Assembly (NCBI GenBank): GCA_963809895.1 | Contig: CAWELD010000003.1 | Span: 480,001 to 544,000, forward strand | Length of the DNA: 64,000 nucleotides | Source: an uncultured Gemmatimonadales bacterium | Lineage (GTDB): Bacteria; Gemmatimonadota; Gemmatimonadetes; Longimicrobiales; Gaopeijiaceae | Direction: 5' to 3' | Part shown: positions 40,318 to 52,310 of the stretch, one piece after another | How the letters are laid out: every line of letters begins with the position of its first letter | Numbering within the stretch: the stretch's first letter is position 1 | Translations under genes and position numbers: made by a program | The notes under the pieces: generated by a model | What the model saw: the letters and a program-made list of their open reading frames with translations, nothing else | What the model was told of the DNA's origin: nothing | Database searches by the model: none

Positions 40318-42465
40318 ATGATCCAGCGCATCGAGCGCCAGTTCGCGGGGCGCCCCCTGATTCTCGAGATCGGCCGCATGGCCAAGCTCGCCGGGGGCTC
40401 CTGCCTGGTGCAGTACGGCGAGACGGTGGTGCTGTGCACCGCCACCGCCCAGAACAAGCCCACCCACCTCCCGTTCTTTCCGCTCACGGTGGAATATCGG
40501 GAGAAGCAGTACGCCGCCGGGAAGATCCCCGGAGGCTTCTTCAAGCGTGAGGGCCGTCCCGGCGAGAAGGAGATCCTGGCGGCGCGCCTCACGGACCGCC
40601 CTCTGCGGCCGCTGTTTCCCGACGGCTTCATGAACGAGACGCAGATCGTCTGCAACGTGTTGAGCGCCGATCAGGAGAACGACGCCGACGTGCTCGCCCT
40701 CCTGGGCGGGAGCGTGGCGCTCAACCTGTCCAGCATCCCGTTCCCGGAGATGGTGGCCTCCGTGCGGGTCGGGCGCATCCAGGGAACCTGGGTGTGGAAT
40801 CCCACCTTCCAGCAGCTCGGATATTCCGACGTCGACATGATCGTCGCCGGGTCCGAGGACGCCATCCTCATGGTCGAGGGCGGCGCCATCGAGGTGTCGG
40901 AAGAGGACATGCTCGAGGGCATCGAGTTCGCCCACAAGGGCATCCAGGAGCTCATCGGCATCCAGAAGGAGCTGCTCCAGGGCCACAGCGTGCCCGACAT
41001 GGAGTGGACGCCCCAGCTGCCCGACGCCTCGCTCAAGCAGCGGGTGGAGGACCTGGCGGCGCCCCGGGTCGTGGAGGCGCTCAACCTGCAGGACAAGCAG
41101 GAGCGTCAGCAGGCCATGGCGGCGCTACGTGAAGACATCGTCGGTCAGCTCCAGGAGGAAGACGAGGAGTACCCGGAGCACGAGGATCAGGTGGGCGACA
41201 TCCTGCGCACCATCGAGAAGCGCACCATGCGCCGCCAGATCCTGGACAAGGGCGAGCGGGCGGACGGCCGGGGCCTCGACGAGATCCGGCCCATCTCCTG
41301 CGAGGTGGGGCTGCTGCCCCGCACGCACGGCTCGGCGCTCTTCACGCGGGGCCAGACGCAGGCGTTGGCGGTGACCACCCTGGGGACCTCCCGGGACGAG
41401 CAGCGCATCGACTCCATCGATACGCGCGAAGAAGTCACCAAGTCGTTCATGCTCCACTACAACTTCCCGCCCTTCTGCGTGGGTGAGGCCCGGCCGTTCC
41501 GGAGCACCTCGCGCCGCGAGATCGGACACGGGAATCTGGCGGAGCGGGCGATCCAGCCCCTGCTTCCGGCCTACGACGACTTTCCCTACACGATTCGCCT
41601 GGTCTCGGACATCCTGGAGTCCAACGGCTCCTCGTCCATGGCCACCGTATGTGGGGCGTCGCTCTCGCTCATGGATGCCGGCGTGCCGATCCGGGCTGCC
41701 TGCGGCGGCGTCGCCATGGGGCTGATCAAGGAAGGCGACGAGGTGGCGGTGCTCACCGACATTCTCGGCCTCGAAGACGCCCTGGGCGACATGGACTTCA
41801 AGGTGGCGGGCACGCGCAAGGGCGTGACCTCCATCCAGATGGACATCAAGATCAAGGGCATGACCGTCCAGATCATGCAGGAAGCGCTGCAGCGCGCCCA
41901 CAAGGGCCGCATGCACATCCTGGACATCATGGAGCAGACCATCGCCGAGCCCCGGAGCGACATCTCCGAGTGGGCGCCGCGCATCACCACGCTGCAGGTC
42001 AACCCGGAGAAGATCGGGGAGATCATCGGGCCCAAGGGCAAGACGATCCGCGCCATCCAGGACGAGTCGGGCTCGACCATCGAGATCGATGACAGCGGTC
42101 TGGTGAAGATCGCGGCCATCAGCGCCGAGAACGCCTCCCGTGCCCGTGAGATGATCGAGGCCATCGTGCAGGAGCCCGAGGTCGGGCGCATCTACGAGGG
42201 TCCGGTGAAGAACACCACCACCTTCGGCGCCTTCATCGAGATCCTGCCCGGCGTGGAGGGTCTGTGCCACATTTCGGAGCTGGCCGAAGGCCGGGTGGGG
42301 CAGACCGAGGACGTCCTCAAGAAGGGCGACATCACTCGGGTGAAGCTCCTCTCCATCGACGAGAAGGGTCGACTGCGGCTCTCCCGTCGTGCCGCCGTCG
42401 CGGAAGAGGGCGAGGATGGCCAGGAGGCCGAGGCCGCCACGGCCGGGGCCGAGGCCGACGCGTAG
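40318..42465 (+). CDS. pnp: polyribonucleotide nucleotidyltransferase (alternative ATG at 40306)
   Basis: [63 protein letters not shown] and S1 domains. Confidence 0.98.
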   Translation: MIQRIERQFAGRPLILEIGRMAKLAGGSCLVQYGETVVLCTATAQNKPTHLPFFPLTVEYREKQYAAGKIPGGFFKREGRPGEKEILAARLTDRPLRPLFPDGFMNETQIVCNVLSADQENDADVLALLGGSVALNLSSIPFPEMVASVRVGRIQGTWVWNPTFQQLGYSDVDMIVAGSEDAILMVEGGAIEVSEEDMLEGIEFAHKGIQELIGIQKELLQGHSVPDMEWTPQLPDASLKQRVEDLAAPRVVEALNLQDKQERQQAMAALREDIVGQLQEEDEEYPEHEDQVGDILRTIEKRTMRRQILDKGERADGRGLDEIRPISCEVGLLPRTHGSALFTRGQTQALAVTTLGTSRDEQRIDSIDTREEVTKSFMLHYNFPPFCVGEARPFRSTSRREIGHGNLAERAIQPLLPAYDDFPYTIRLVSDILESNGSSSMATVCGASLSLMDAGVPIRAACGGVAMGLIKEGDEVAVLTDILGLEDALGDMDFKVAGTRKGVTSIQMDIKIKGMTVQIMQEALQRAHKGRMHILDIMEQTIAEPRSDISEWAPRITTLQVNPEKIGEIIGPKGKTIRAIQDESGSTIEIDDSGLVKIAAISAENASRAREMIEAIVQEPEVGRIYEGPVKNTTTFGAFIEILPGVEGLCHISELAEGRVGQTEDVLKKGDITRVKLLSIDEKGRLRLSRRAAVAEEGEDGQEAEAATAGAEADA

Positions 42466-43781
42466 TGACCGCAGGCGGGCGTAGGGGAGGGGGGCGCGGC
42501 CACACGGTCGCGTCCCCCTCGTCCGTTGCGGGAGATCCGCCCGGCGGCCGGTCGAGCGATCCCGTGCGCTTCACCACGCTGGACAACGGCGTGCGCGTGC
42601 TCACCGAGGCCATTCCCGGCGTACGCTCGGCCTCGGTCGGCGTGTGGATTCTCCAGGGGGCGGCCCACGAGCCCGCCGAACGCATGGGCGAGAGCCATCT
42701 GCTCGAGCACATGGTCTTCAAGGGTACCCGACGGCGCTCACCCCGGGAGATCGCGCTGGCGCTGGAGGCGCTGGGAGGCTCGCTGGACGCCTACACCACC
42801 CGGGAGCACACCTCCTTTCAGGCCCGCGTCCTGGACGAGCATCTGCCCGAGGCCCTGGACGTGCTGGCGGACCTGGTGCTCAATCCCCGCCTCCGCGCAG
42901 AAGATCTGGAGCTGGAGCGGGAGGTGGTGCTGGAGGAGATCGCACAGGTGGAGGACACGCCCGACGACCTCGTCTTCGAGCTCCATGGTGAGCGTCTCTG
43001 GGGCGGTCATCCCTACGGGCACGCGATCCTCGGCACGCGAGACACGGTGACCGGCCTCGACGTGGCGACGCTGGAGGCGCTCCACCGCCTCCGCTACCGC
43101 GGGCGCGGTCTCATCGTCGCCGCGGCGGGGAACGTGACGCACGACCGGGTGGTGCAGCTCGCCCTCGCACACTTCGGAGCACTGGACCCGGGCGGCGAAC
43201 CACCCCGCGTGGAGCCTCCCCTGGCATCCCCCAGAGCCCGGGAAGCCGTGCGCCGGGACACCTCGCAGGCGCATATCGTCACGGGGTGCACCACGGTTCC
43301 GCACTCCGACCCCCTGCGCATCCCGCTCGTGCTCCTGTCGCAGGCGTTCGGAGGGGGGATGAGCTCGCGGCTCTTCCAGCGTATCCGCGAGGAGCTGGCG
43401 CTGGCCTACACCGTGTTCTCGTATCAGTCCTTCTACACGCGCTCCGGGGTGGCGGGGGTCTATCTGGGCACCCGTCCCGGCTGGGAGGAGCGGGCCCTGG
43501 AGGCGCTCCGGGAGGAGTATGGGGTGCTGGCTCGCGACGGGCTGGGCGCCGACGAGCTGGAGCAGACGCGCCAGCAGGTGAAGGGTCAGATCATGCTGTC
43601 GCTGGAATCCACCGGCGCCCGCCTCTACCGCCTGGCCGGCTTCGCCCTCCACGACGAGGAGTACCAGGACCTGGACGGTCTGCTCCGACGCGTGGACGCT
43701 GTCACCCGGGAACAGGTGGCCGAGGCCGCGGCCCGCTTCTACGATCCCGACGGCCAGCTCTTCCTCACCCTCGGTCCGTAG
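42465..43781 (+). CDS. M16 family zinc peptidase (start 42465 or 42564)
   Basis: inverted zinc motif [32 protein letters not shown]. Confidence 0.92.
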   Translation: MTAGGRRGGGRGHTVASPSSVAGDPPGGRSSDPVRFTTLDNGVRVLTEAIPGVRSASVGVWILQGAAHEPAERMGESHLLEHMVFKGTRRRSPREIALALEALGGSLDAYTTREHTSFQARVLDEHLPEALDVLADLVLNPRLRAEDLELEREVVLEEIAQVEDTPDDLVFELHGERLWGGHPYGHAILGTRDTVTGLDVATLEALHRLRYRGRGLIVAAAGNVTHDRVVQLALAHFGALDPGGEPPRVEPPLASPRAREAVRRDTSQAHIVTGCTTVPHSDPLRIPLVLLSQAFGGGMSSRLFQRIREELALAYTVFSYQSFYTRSGVAGVYLGTRPGWEERALEALREEYGVLARDGLGADELEQTRQQVKGQIMLSLESTGARLYRLAGFALHDEEYQDLDGLLRRVDAVTREQVAEAAARFYDPDGQLFLTLGP

Positions 43782-43945
43782 CAGCCTCGGAGCCCGCGCC
43801 GGCGCGGCGACGATGCCCTGCCGTTGCGGAGCTCCCCATACCCCCTCCAGGGGTGACGCGGCGTCTGCGATTGCCTAAGATGTCGGGGCTCGGGGCCGCC
43901 TCGTCTGCGGCCCCCGCCCACAACCTCTAAAGTGGCGGACGTACG

Positions 43946-45061
43946 ATGCTTATCGGGGTTCCGAAGGAGATCAAGCGGGAAGAGTACCGGGTTGCCCTGA
44001 CGCCGGCGGGGGCCGAGGCCCTCACCCACGCCGGACACCAGGTCCTGGTGCAGAAAGATGCCGGTCTGGGCAGCGGCTTCACCGACGACTTCTACGCCGC
44101 GGCAGGTGCGGAGATCGTCGAATCGGCCGAAGCCGTGTGGGCTCGGGCCGAGATGATCATGAAGGTGAAGGAGCCTATCGAGCCCGAGTGGCCGCACATG
44201 CGCGAGGGCCAGCTCATGTTCACCTACTTCCACTTCGCGGCGTCGGAGCCTCTCACCCGGGCGGTGATGGACTCCGGTGCGGTGGCGCTGGCGTACGAGA
44301 CGGTGGAGCTCCCCAGCGGAGAGTTGCCGCTTCTCACGCCCATGTCCGAGGTGGCGGGCCGCATGGCCATCCAGGAGGGTGCCAAGTACCTGGAGCGGCA
44401 TTCCGGCGGCGCGGGCGTGCTCCTGGGCGGCGTGCCCGGCGTGCTCCCCGGCAAGGTGCTCATCCTGGGCGGCGGCGTGGTCGGCATCAACGCCGCGAAG
44501 ATGGCGGCGGGCCTGGGCGCGCGGGTGTCGATCATGGACATCGACCTCACCCGCCTGCGCTACCTCGAAGACGTCATGCCGGCCAACGTCAACCTGCTGT
44601 TCAGCACGCGCTACGCGGTGCGCAAGCAGCTCGAGGACGCCGACCTGGTCGTGGGCGCGGTTCTGATCCCGGGCAAGAAGGCGCCCAGCCTCGTGACCCG
44701 CGAAGACCTCAAGAACATGCGGCCTGGCGCGGTCATCGTCGACGTGGCCGTGGATCAGGGTGGGTGCGTGGAGACCATCAAACCCACGACCCACGACGAT
44801 CCCATCTACACCGTGGAGGGCGTCATCCACTACGCCGTGGCGAACATGCCCGGCGGTGTTCCCCGGACCAGCACGCTGGCCCTCACCAACGCCACCCTGC
44901 CGTACGCCCTGACGCTGGCCGGGCACGGCTGGAAGGCGGCTTGCACCGGTGATCCGGCGTTGGCCAAGGGACTGAACGTGGTGGAGGGCAAGATCTGTTA
45001 CGCGGGCGTGGCGGAGGCCTTCGGTCTCCCGTCGCACGACGTGTCGGACTTCCTGGCCTGA
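43946..45061 (+). CDS. ald: alanine dehydrogenase
   Basis: [50 protein letters not shown]. Confidence 0.97.
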   Translation: MLIGVPKEIKREEYRVALTPAGAEALTHAGHQVLVQKDAGLGSGFTDDFYAAAGAEIVESAEAVWARAEMIMKVKEPIEPEWPHMREGQLMFTYFHFAASEPLTRAVMDSGAVALAYETVELPSGELPLLTPMSEVAGRMAIQEGAKYLERHSGGAGVLLGGVPGVLPGKVLILGGGVVGINAAKMAAGLGARVSIMDIDLTRLRYLEDVMPANVNLLFSTRYAVRKQLEDADLVVGAVLIPGKKAPSLVTREDLKNMRPGAVIVDVAVDQGGCVETIKPTTHDDPIYTVEGVIHYAVANMPGGVPRTSTLALTNATLPYALTLAGHGWKAACTGDPALAKGLNVVEGKICYAGVAEAFGLPSHDVSDFLA

Positions 45062-45073
45062 CACCCAGCCGAC

Positions 45074-45622
45074 GTGGCGCACAACGCGGGGCGGGGTGGC
45101 GTTCTGCCGCTCCGCCCCGCAGCCGTTGTCCGCATTCCATCCCCCTTCGTCCCGAGCCCCGGAGAGCGTGCGGTGGCATCCGACGTGGTCCGCTTCAAGC
45201 GGCTGGACAGCAATCCCGATCTTCCTCTGCCCTCACGGGCCACGACCCACGCCGCCGGCTACGACGTGCGCTCCGCCGAGGCGGACTTCGTGCTGGAGCC
45301 CGGCGAGATCCGGCTGGTGGCCACCGGCCTGGTCATGGAGCTCCCGCTCGACGTGGAGTGCCAGGTGCGGCCGCGCTCGGGTCTGGCGGTGCGCCACGGG
45401 ATCAGCATGCCCAACACGCCCGGGACCATCGATCCGGACTACCGCGGCGAGGTGAAGGTGCCTCTCATCAACCTCGGGCGGGAACCGGTCACCATCGCAC
45501 GCGGCGAGCGCATCGCACAGATGGTCTTCGCCCGCTTCGCGGCCCTCGGCGTGGAGGAGGTGGAGGAGGTGGGGGACACCCATCGGGGCGAGGGAGGATT
45601 CGGGTCCACGGGTCGCGGATGA
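45074..45622 (+). CDS. dut: dUTPase (true start may lie ~100 nt downstream)
   Basis: [42 protein letters not shown]. Confidence 0.95.
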   Translation: MAHNAGRGGVLPLRPAAVVRIPSPFVPSPGERAVASDVVRFKRLDSNPDLPLPSRATTHAAGYDVRSAEADFVLEPGEIRLVATGLVMELPLDVECQVRPRSGLAVRHGISMPNTPGTIDPDYRGEVKVPLINLGREPVTIARGERIAQMVFARFAALGVEEVEEVGDTHRGEGGFGSTGRG

Positions 45623-45776
45623 CCCCGCGAGAGCGGTGCCCCGAACGGGGGCGCCGAGGCGGGCATTGTCCTTGCAACACGCAGGGTCCCGGTATACCTT
45701 CGGTCTCCGCCCGCCGGTCCCTTCCGGGCCACGAGCGGGGCGCCTCCGACGCCCACCGCTACAACGAGAGTCCACC

Positions 45777-46811
45777 TTGCCGCGCTGGTTCAACTCGGGC
45801 CGCCTGGTCCCCGTAAACGACATCGCCGTGGATCTGGGTACCGCCAATACCCTGGTCTACGTGAAGGGCGAAGGAATCGTCCTCAACGAGCCCTCCGTGG
45901 TGGCGGTGGAGAAGTCCGGGCGCAAGATCATGGGGATCGGGCTCGAGGCGAAGCGCATGCTGGGCCGCACACCCGAGGGCATCGAGGCGGTCCGGCCACT
46001 GAAGGACGGCGTCATCGCCGACGTGGACGTGACGGAGATGATGCTCCGCCACTTCCTCAAGCAGGTCACGGCCAAGCGCATCTTCCGCATCAAGCCCCGG
46101 GTGATCGTGGGCGTGCCCTCGGGGATCACGGAGCTGGAGCGGCGGGCCGTGCGCTCGTCGGCCATGGCCGCGGGCGCCAAGGCCGTCTACATGGTGGACG
46201 AGCCCATGGCCGCCGCCATCGGCGTGGGGCTTCCGGTGGAGACCCCCACAGGCAACATGGTGATCGACATCGGAGGCGGCACCACCGAGATCGCGGTCAT
46301 CGCGCTCTCCGGCATCGTCTCCAATACCTCCATCCGGGTGGGCGGCGACGAGCTGGATTCGGCCATCGTCACCTTCCTGCGCAAGAACTACAATCTCCTC
46401 ATCGGTGAGCCCACCGCCGAGGCCATCAAGATCCAGATCGGCTCCGCCTTCGATTTCGAAGACGAGCGCGAGATGGAGGTGAAGGGGCGCGACCTGGTGA
46501 GCGGGATCCCCAAGACCGTCACGGTCCACTCCCAGGAGATCCGCGAGTGCATCCAGGAGCCCATCCAGGCCATCGTCGAGGCGGTGCGCCGGGCGCTGGA
46601 GATCACCCCGCCGGAGCTGTCGTCGGACATCGTGGACCGCGGCATCGTCATGACCGGCGGCGGTGCCCTCATCCGCGGGCTGGACCGGCTGCTGGCGCAC
46701 GAGACCAACCTCCCCATCCACGTGGACGAGGAGCCGCTCACCTGTGTGGTGCGCGGAGCGGGACGCGTCCTGGACGATCTGAACAAGTATCGGTCCGTCC
46801 TGACGACGTGA
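45777..46811 (+). CDS. mreB: rod shape-determining protein MreB
   Basis: DLGTANT, EPSVVA, EPMAAAIG, DIGGGTTE, TGGGAL. Confidence 0.97.
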   Translation: MPRWFNSGRLVPVNDIAVDLGTANTLVYVKGEGIVLNEPSVVAVEKSGRKIMGIGLEAKRMLGRTPEGIEAVRPLKDGVIADVDVTEMMLRHFLKQVTAKRIFRIKPRVIVGVPSGITELERRAVRSSAMAAGAKAVYMVDEPMAAAIGVGLPVETPTGNMVIDIGGGTTEIAVIALSGIVSNTSIRVGGDELDSAIVTFLRKNYNLLIGEPTAEAIKIQIGSAFDFEDEREMEVKGRDLVSGIPKTVTVHSQEIRECIQEPIQAIVEAVRRALEITPPELSSDIVDRGIVMTGGGALIRGLDRLLAHETNLPIHVDEEPLTCVVRGAGRVLDDLNKYRSVLTT

Positions 46812-46818
46812 GGGGGCC

Positions 46819-47829
46819 GTGCCCCCGTTCGAGACTCCCGACCTTTCCGAGGCGGCCGCCCGCCGACAGACCTGGGGCGCGCTCGGGGTGCTCCTGGCGG
46901 CCTTCGTGGTGGCCTTCCTGCCCGACGGTGCCCAACAGGCGGTAGCGTCCAGCCTGCGCTACTCCGTGCTCCGACCGTTTCTGGCCTTGCAGCAGACGCT
47001 GGTGCGGGCGCGCCTCCACACCCAGGAGGTGGAGCGGTTGCGGGCGGAGCTGGACACCGCTCAGGTGGCGCTGTTGAACCGGGCCACCCTGGAGGCCGAG
47101 AACGCCCGTCTGCGGAGCCTGCTGGCGCTGTCCGCGCGCCTGGGCACCGAATACGAGGCCGCGGTGGCAATCCGGCCGGGCACGACCGGCTCCGAGAGCA
47201 TGTTCATCCTGGACGTGGGCTCGGACCAGGGCGTGCAGGCGCGGGCACCCGTGGTCACACGCGAGGGCCTGGCCGGCGTCGTGCGCGAGGTTCGGGAGAC
47301 CACGGCCATCGGCATGGACTGGACGCACCCCGATTTCAGGGCCAGCGCCATGACGCTGGACGGGCTCACCTACGGCTTCGTGGAGAGCCGCCGAGGCATC
47401 TTCCGGGAGAGCGACCGCCTGGTTCTGACCGGCACCCCCTACAGCACGAATCTGGTCCCGGGCTCGGTGATCGTGACGTCGGGGTTGGGCGGGGTGTTTC
47501 CCCGGGGGATTCCCATCGGCCGCGTGGACACGCTGGCGGTGGCCGAAGGAGGGTGGCGCAAGAGCTACTGGCTGCAACCCTTCGTGGACGTGGGCAGCAT
47601 CTCCCAGGTGCTGGTGGCGGTGGGGGATCCCTCTACGCGACGCATCGACGTGGGCGAGGCGTTTCCGCCCGACGAGGCGGGCACGGCGAGTGAGTACCTG
47701 GCACGGCAGCAGGCCCGCGCGGATTCGTTGGCGCGGCTGAGCGACGAGGTACGGCGTCTCAGGGCGCGGCTCGACTCGCTCAGGCGGGGGCCGTCTGGCG
47801 GTGAAGCTCCAGCGGGAGGCGTCCGGTGA
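46819..47829 (+). CDS. mreC: rod shape-determining protein MreC
   Basis: TM helix, coiled coil ENARLRSLL, GLAGVV, VTSGLGGVFPRGIPIG. Confidence 0.93.
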   Translation: MPPFETPDLSEAAARRQTWGALGVLLAAFVVAFLPDGAQQAVASSLRYSVLRPFLALQQTLVRARLHTQEVERLRAELDTAQVALLNRATLEAENARLRSLLALSARLGTEYEAAVAIRPGTTGSESMFILDVGSDQGVQARAPVVTREGLAGVVREVRETTAIGMDWTHPDFRASAMTLDGLTYGFVESRRGIFRESDRLVLTGTPYSTNLVPGSVIVTSGLGGVFPRGIPIGRVDTLAVAEGGWRKSYWLQPFVDVGSISQVLVAVGDPSTRRIDVGEAFPPDEAGTASEYLARQQARADSLARLSDEVRRLRARLDSLRRGPSGGEAPAGGVR

Positions 47830-48308
47830 GGCTCCGTGTCATGATCACGGCGATTTTCCTGGTGGTCCTCCACTTCGTGCTGCACGTGGGGATCGGCTGG
47901 GGGCCCGGAGCGCCGGACCTGCTCACGCTGGGACTCCTGCTGGCCGTGCGCGAGATGGGCATGGGCTGGGGCGCCTTGCTGGGCTTCGGCCTCGGCCTCC
48001 TCGAGGACTCCCTGAGCGTGCTGACCTTCGGCGCGGCGACCATGGCACTGACGGTGGTGGGAGCCGCCGGCGCACGCACGCGGGACCTGTTCGTGGGCGA
48101 TTCGAGGCTCTTCGCCGTGACCTATTTCCTGCTCGGGAAATGGTGCCGGGACCTGATCCACTGGCTGATGGTAGGAGAGGAGTTGCGCGAGCCTTTCGTG
48201 CGAGCGGTGCTGGTGGACTCCACGCTCGCATCCGTGTACATGGCCCTGGTGGGGCTGGCGGTGCTCGCGTTGACTGGCGTGTCGTGGGAGTCGTCCGGGA
48301 GCCGGTGA
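47826..48308 (+). CDS. mreD: rod shape-determining protein MreD
   Basis: multi-TM; PDLL, GFGLGLLED; operon position. Confidence 0.9.
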   Translation: MRLRVMITAIFLVVLHFVLHVGIGWGPGAPDLLTLGLLLAVREMGMGWGALLGFGLGLLEDSLSVLTFGAATMALTVVGAAGARTRDLFVGDSRLFAVTYFLLGKWCRDLIHWLMVGEELREPFVRAVLVDSTLASVYMALVGLAVLALTGVSWESSGSR

Positions 48309-48309
48309 G

Positions 48310-50166
48310 TTGAACGCGAATCATCCGCATGCGCGGCGAGCGCGGAGCAGGGTGGCCTCCCTGGTCCTGGCCGGCTGCATGCTCGTGCTGTTGGGCGCGT
48401 TCTTCCGCGCGCAGGTGGTGCGCTCCAGCACCTACGTGCTGACGGCCGAGTCCAACCGCCTGCGGCCCCTGGACCTGCCTCCGCCCCGCGGGCGCATCCT
48501 GGACCGGAACGGCGACATCATCGCCGACAACATCCCCGGCTACGCCGTGACGCTCCTGCCCGCGTCGCTGGATTCCATGCGTGCGAACCTGGAGCGCCTG
48601 CGGCAGGTGCTCCCCCTGGACAGCGCCCGGGTGGCGCGCCTCATGGACCGGGCACGGCGCGAGTACGGACAGCCCCTGGTGGTGGCGTCGGACGCGTCGT
48701 TCGAGGACGTGGCCGCGCTGGAGGAGCGCCGGGCCGAGTTTCCCAACGTCTTCATCGAGTCCCGTCCGAAGCGGCGCTACATGGGCGGCGCGGCGGTGGG
48801 CCACGTCATGGGCTACATCGGCGAGATCACAGCCGGCGAGCTGGACTCCCCCTACTACGCCGACGACCACTACGAGCAGGGACTGGTGGTGGGAAAGACC
48901 GGGATCGAGCGCCAGTACGAGCACCTGCTGCAGGGTCGCAAGGGCGTGCGTTACGTGGAGGTGGACGCCCGCGGACGCATCGTGGGAGACTTCTCGGGGA
49001 TCTCCACCCGGCCGGCCACGCCGGGTCAGGACATCCGGCTGAGCATCGATCTGGGACTCCAGGAGTGGATCGCCCACATCTTTCCGGATTCCATGATGGG
49101 GGCCGTGGTGGCGCTGGACCCCGCCGATGGTAGCGTCCTGGCCCTGTACTCGGCGCCGTCGTACGATCCCAACGACTTCGTGGGTGGGATCGACACCGAC
49201 ACCTGGACGCGCCTCAACACCGACGAGCGCAAGCCGCTCTACAACAAGGCCGTGCTGGGCCGCTTCGCGCCGGCCTCCACCTGGAAGCTGGCCACGGCCG
49301 CCATCGCGTTGGATCTGGGCGTCGTGCAGCCCGACGAGAAGATGCCGGTGCCGTGCACGGGGAGCTACCGCTACGGTAACCGCACCTGGCACTGCTGGAA
49401 GGCCGGCGGCCACGGAGACATCAACCTGCTGGAGGCCATCCAGCACTCCTGTGACGTCTACTTCTACCAGCTCGGTCTGCGCATCGGGCTGAAACGGTTC
49501 CTGGACGACGCCAACCGCCTGGGGTTCGCCCAGACCTGCGGTGTCGACCTGCCGCGCGAGAACCCGGGCATCTTTCCGAAGGGTCCCGAATACTGGCAGA
49601 ACGTCTGGGGCTACACCCCGCAGGAGGGCGAGGTGCTGTCGCTGGCCATCGGCCAGGGCCCCAACTCACAGACGCCGCTGAAGATGGCCCAGTTCTACAC
49701 GGCGTTGGCCCGGGACGGGTCGGCCCCGACTCCCCGCATCTATCCGGACGGACCGGACCCGGACGGCGAGGGTTGGCAGCTCCATCTGACGCCCGAGGCC
49801 ATCGCCACGCTGCGCGAGGGGCTCCGCCGGGTCACGGCGCCAGGGGGCACCGCCTACATGGCCTCGCTGGAGCACTTCGACCTGTACGGCAAGACAGGCA
49901 CGGGACAGAACGGACTCAGCGTCGCCGGGCTCGCAGAGGACGACGCCTGGTTCGCGGGCATGGCGGGGCCCAAGGGCGGTGACCCGGAGATCGTGGTGGT
50001 GGCGCTGGTGCAGTACGGCGCCCACGGCTCGTCGGTGGCGGCTCCCATCGTGGCCAAGGCCGCCGACTACTACCTGCGCGAGAAGTACGGCATCCCCATG
50101 GACACCATCCAGACGCTGGGCGAGACCATCCGGGTCCGGGGCTGGCCGTCCTGGGCTGCGAGGTAG
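48310..50166 (+). CDS. mrdA: penicillin-binding protein 2
   Basis: PRGRILDRNG, SxxK (STWK), SCD, KTG; operon position. Confidence 0.95.
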   Translation: MNANHPHARRARSRVASLVLAGCMLVLLGAFFRAQVVRSSTYVLTAESNRLRPLDLPPPRGRILDRNGDIIADNIPGYAVTLLPASLDSMRANLERLRQVLPLDSARVARLMDRARREYGQPLVVASDASFEDVAALEERRAEFPNVFIESRPKRRYMGGAAVGHVMGYIGEITAGELDSPYYADDHYEQGLVVGKTGIERQYEHLLQGRKGVRYVEVDARGRIVGDFSGISTRPATPGQDIRLSIDLGLQEWIAHIFPDSMMGAVVALDPADGSVLALYSAPSYDPNDFVGGIDTDTWTRLNTDERKPLYNKAVLGRFAPASTWKLATAAIALDLGVVQPDEKMPVPCTGSYRYGNRTWHCWKAGGHGDINLLEAIQHSCDVYFYQLGLRIGLKRFLDDANRLGFAQTCGVDLPRENPGIFPKGPEYWQNVWGYTPQEGEVLSLAIGQGPNSQTPLKMAQFYTALARDGSAPTPRIYPDGPDPDGEGWQLHLTPEAIATLREGLRRVTAPGGTAYMASLEHFDLYGKTGTGQNGLSVAGLAEDDAWFAGMAGPKGGDPEIVVVALVQYGAHGSSVAAPIVAKAADYYLREKYGIPMDTIQTLGETIRVRGWPSWAAR

Positions 50167-50170
50167 CGCG

Positions 50171-51418
50171 TTGAAGCGTCTCTTCCGCGAGTGGGCCGTG
50201 GACCCGCCCCTGGTGGGGGCGGTCCTGCTGCTGACCCTCTTCGGCATCGCCATGATCTACTCGGCGGGGGTGACCAACAACCCCACCACCGCCGAGGGTG
50301 TCTGGGTGCGCCAGCTCGTCTGGTTCGGGCTCGCGCTGGGCGTGTTCACGGTGGTGAGCCGCGTGCCCCTGCGCTGGCTGGAATGGGTGGCGGTGCCGGC
50401 CTACGTCTTCAGCGTGGTGTTGCTGGCGGCGACGCTGGTGGTGGGTACCGGCGCCGGCACCGCCTCGGGCACCCGCAGCTGGATCGCTTTCGGACCCCTC
50501 CGCTTCCAGCCCGCCGAGGTGGCGAAGCTGGCCACGATCCTGGTGCTGGCCCGGCTCATGGCGGCTCGCGACGAGGCGCCGGCGAGCCTGCGCGACGTCC
50601 TGGCTCCCGGCGCGCTGGCGGCGCTCCCCCTGTTGCTCGTGCTCAAGCAGCCCGATCTCGGCACGGCGCAGGCGTTCGTGGGGATTCTGTTCGCGGTCCT
50701 CTTCTGGGCCGGGACACCGGTGCCGTTGCTTCTCCTGCTCGCCAGCCCGGTGCTGGGGCTGATCCTGTCCTTCGATACCCGGGTGTGGTCGGTCTACATC
50801 GTGGCCGTGCTGGCGGTCCTCTACCTGATGCGCTACCGCCTGTTCTTCTACGAGTCCGTGGCGGTGCTGCTGGCCAACGTGGCGGCGGGCACCATCGCGG
50901 CGCCGTTGTGGCGATCGCTGGCCGAGTACCAGCAGAACCGCCTGCTGGTGTTCCTGGATCCCGACGTGGACCCCCGGGGCGCGGGCTACCACCTCATCCA
51001 ATCCAAGGTGGCCATCGGCAGCGGCGGCATCTGGGGCAAAGGCTTCACGCTGGGCACGCAGAAGCGCTTCGGCTTCCTGCCGGAACAGCACACGGATTTC
51101 ATCTTCAGCGTGGTGGGCGAGGAGCTGGGATTCCTCGGTGTGGCGCTGGCTCTGGGGCTGTTCACCTTCGTCCTGTTACGCCTGGTCCGGCTGGCGGAGA
51201 ACTCCGCGGATCCCTTTGCCGGCACCGTGCTCCTGGGTATCTTCGGGGCCTGGTTGGTCCATATCTTCGTCAACGTCGGGATGACGGTCGGACTCGTCCC
51301 GGTGACAGGGATCCCCCTGCCGTTCGTGAGCTACGGGGGGTCCTTTCTCTTGATGTCGTGGGTGGCCCTGGCGGTGGCGGTACGGGTGGCCCATGACGAC
51401 GAGCGCCCCACGACCTGA
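50171..51418 (+). CDS. rodA: rod shape-determining SEDS glycosyltransferase RodA
   Basis: FQPAEVAK, QPDLGTA, QSKVAIGSGG, PEQHTDFIF, PVTGIPLPFVSYGGS. Confidence 0.95.
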   Translation: MKRLFREWAVDPPLVGAVLLLTLFGIAMIYSAGVTNNPTTAEGVWVRQLVWFGLALGVFTVVSRVPLRWLEWVAVPAYVFSVVLLAATLVVGTGAGTASGTRSWIAFGPLRFQPAEVAKLATILVLARLMAARDEAPASLRDVLAPGALAALPLLLVLKQPDLGTAQAFVGILFAVLFWAGTPVPLLLLLASPVLGLILSFDTRVWSVYIVAVLAVLYLMRYRLFFYESVAVLLANVAAGTIAAPLWRSLAEYQQNRLLVFLDPDVDPRGAGYHLIQSKVAIGSGGIWGKGFTLGTQKRFGFLPEQHTDFIFSVVGEELGFLGVALALGLFTFVLLRLVRLAENSADPFAGTVLLGIFGAWLVHIFVNVGMTVGLVPVTGIPLPFVSYGGSFLLMSWVALAVAVRVAHDDERPTT

Positions 51419-51452
51419 CGGTCTCCGGGCGCCGAAGGAGGCCCACAAGGCC

Positions 51453-52310
51453 ATGGCCTGGTTCCGCAAGGACAAGAAGCCGCTCAAGGCGTCGGACCGG
51501 AGGGATGTGCCCGGTGACGTCTTCGACAAGTGCGAAGGCTGCGGCGAGATCGTCTACGGTGAGAAGCTCGCACAGAACCTGGGTGTGTGCCCGAACTGCG
51601 GATTCCACAGCCGCATCTCCGCCGAGCGCTATCTGGAGATCCTCCTCGACGAGGACTCGTTCGGCGAGCTGGACGCCCACCTGAGAAGCGGTGATCCCCT
51701 GGGATTCACGGATCTGAAGGGCTATCCGGACCGGATCGCTGCCGCCGAGAAGAAGGTGGGCCGCAACGACGCGGTCATCACCGGCGCCGGCACGTTGCAG
51801 GGCATTCCCGTGGCCATGGCGGTCATGGACTTCCGCTTCGTGGGCGGCTCCATGGGATCGGTGGTGGGCGAGAAGATCGCCCGGGTGGGGAAGCTCGCCC
51901 TGGAGCGGGAGTGGCCGCTGATCATCGTGAGCGCCTCCGGAGGCGCGCGCATGCAGGAGGGCATCTACTCACTCATGCAGATGGCCAAGACCTCGACGGT
52001 CCTGGCCCGGCTGCACGAGGCGGGCATCCCCTTCATCTCCATTCTCACGGATCCCACCACCGGCGGCGTGACCGCCTCCTACGCCATGCTGGGCGACGCC
52101 AACCTCGCCGAGCCCGGCGCGCTCATCGGCTTCGCCGGGCCCCGGGTCATCGAGGAGACCATCAAGCAGGAGCTTCCCGAGGGATTCCAGCGCGCCGAAT
52201 TCCTGCTGGAGCACGGCATGGTGGACCGGGTCGTGGACCGCCGGGAGCTCCAGGACACCGTGGCCAGGCTGCTGCGCCACATGCGGAACGAGCCGGAGCC
52301 CGACGAATGA
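51453..52310 (+). CDS. accD: acetyl-CoA carboxylase carboxyltransferase beta subunit
   Basis: CxxC..CxxC zinc ribbon, GGSMGSVVGEK, SGGARMQEG, PTTGGVTAS, GFAGPRVIE. Confidence 0.97.
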   Translation: MAWFRKDKKPLKASDRRDVPGDVFDKCEGCGEIVYGEKLAQNLGVCPNCGFHSRISAERYLEILLDEDSFGELDAHLRSGDPLGFTDLKGYPDRIAAAEKKVGRNDAVITGAGTLQGIPVAMAVMDFRFVGGSMGSVVGEKIARVGKLALEREWPLIIVSASGGARMQEGIYSLMQMAKTSTVLARLHEAGIPFISILTDPTTGGVTASYAMLGDANLAEPGALIGFAGPRVIEETIKQELPEGFQRAEFLLEHGMVDRVVDRRELQDTVARLLRHMRNEPEPDE

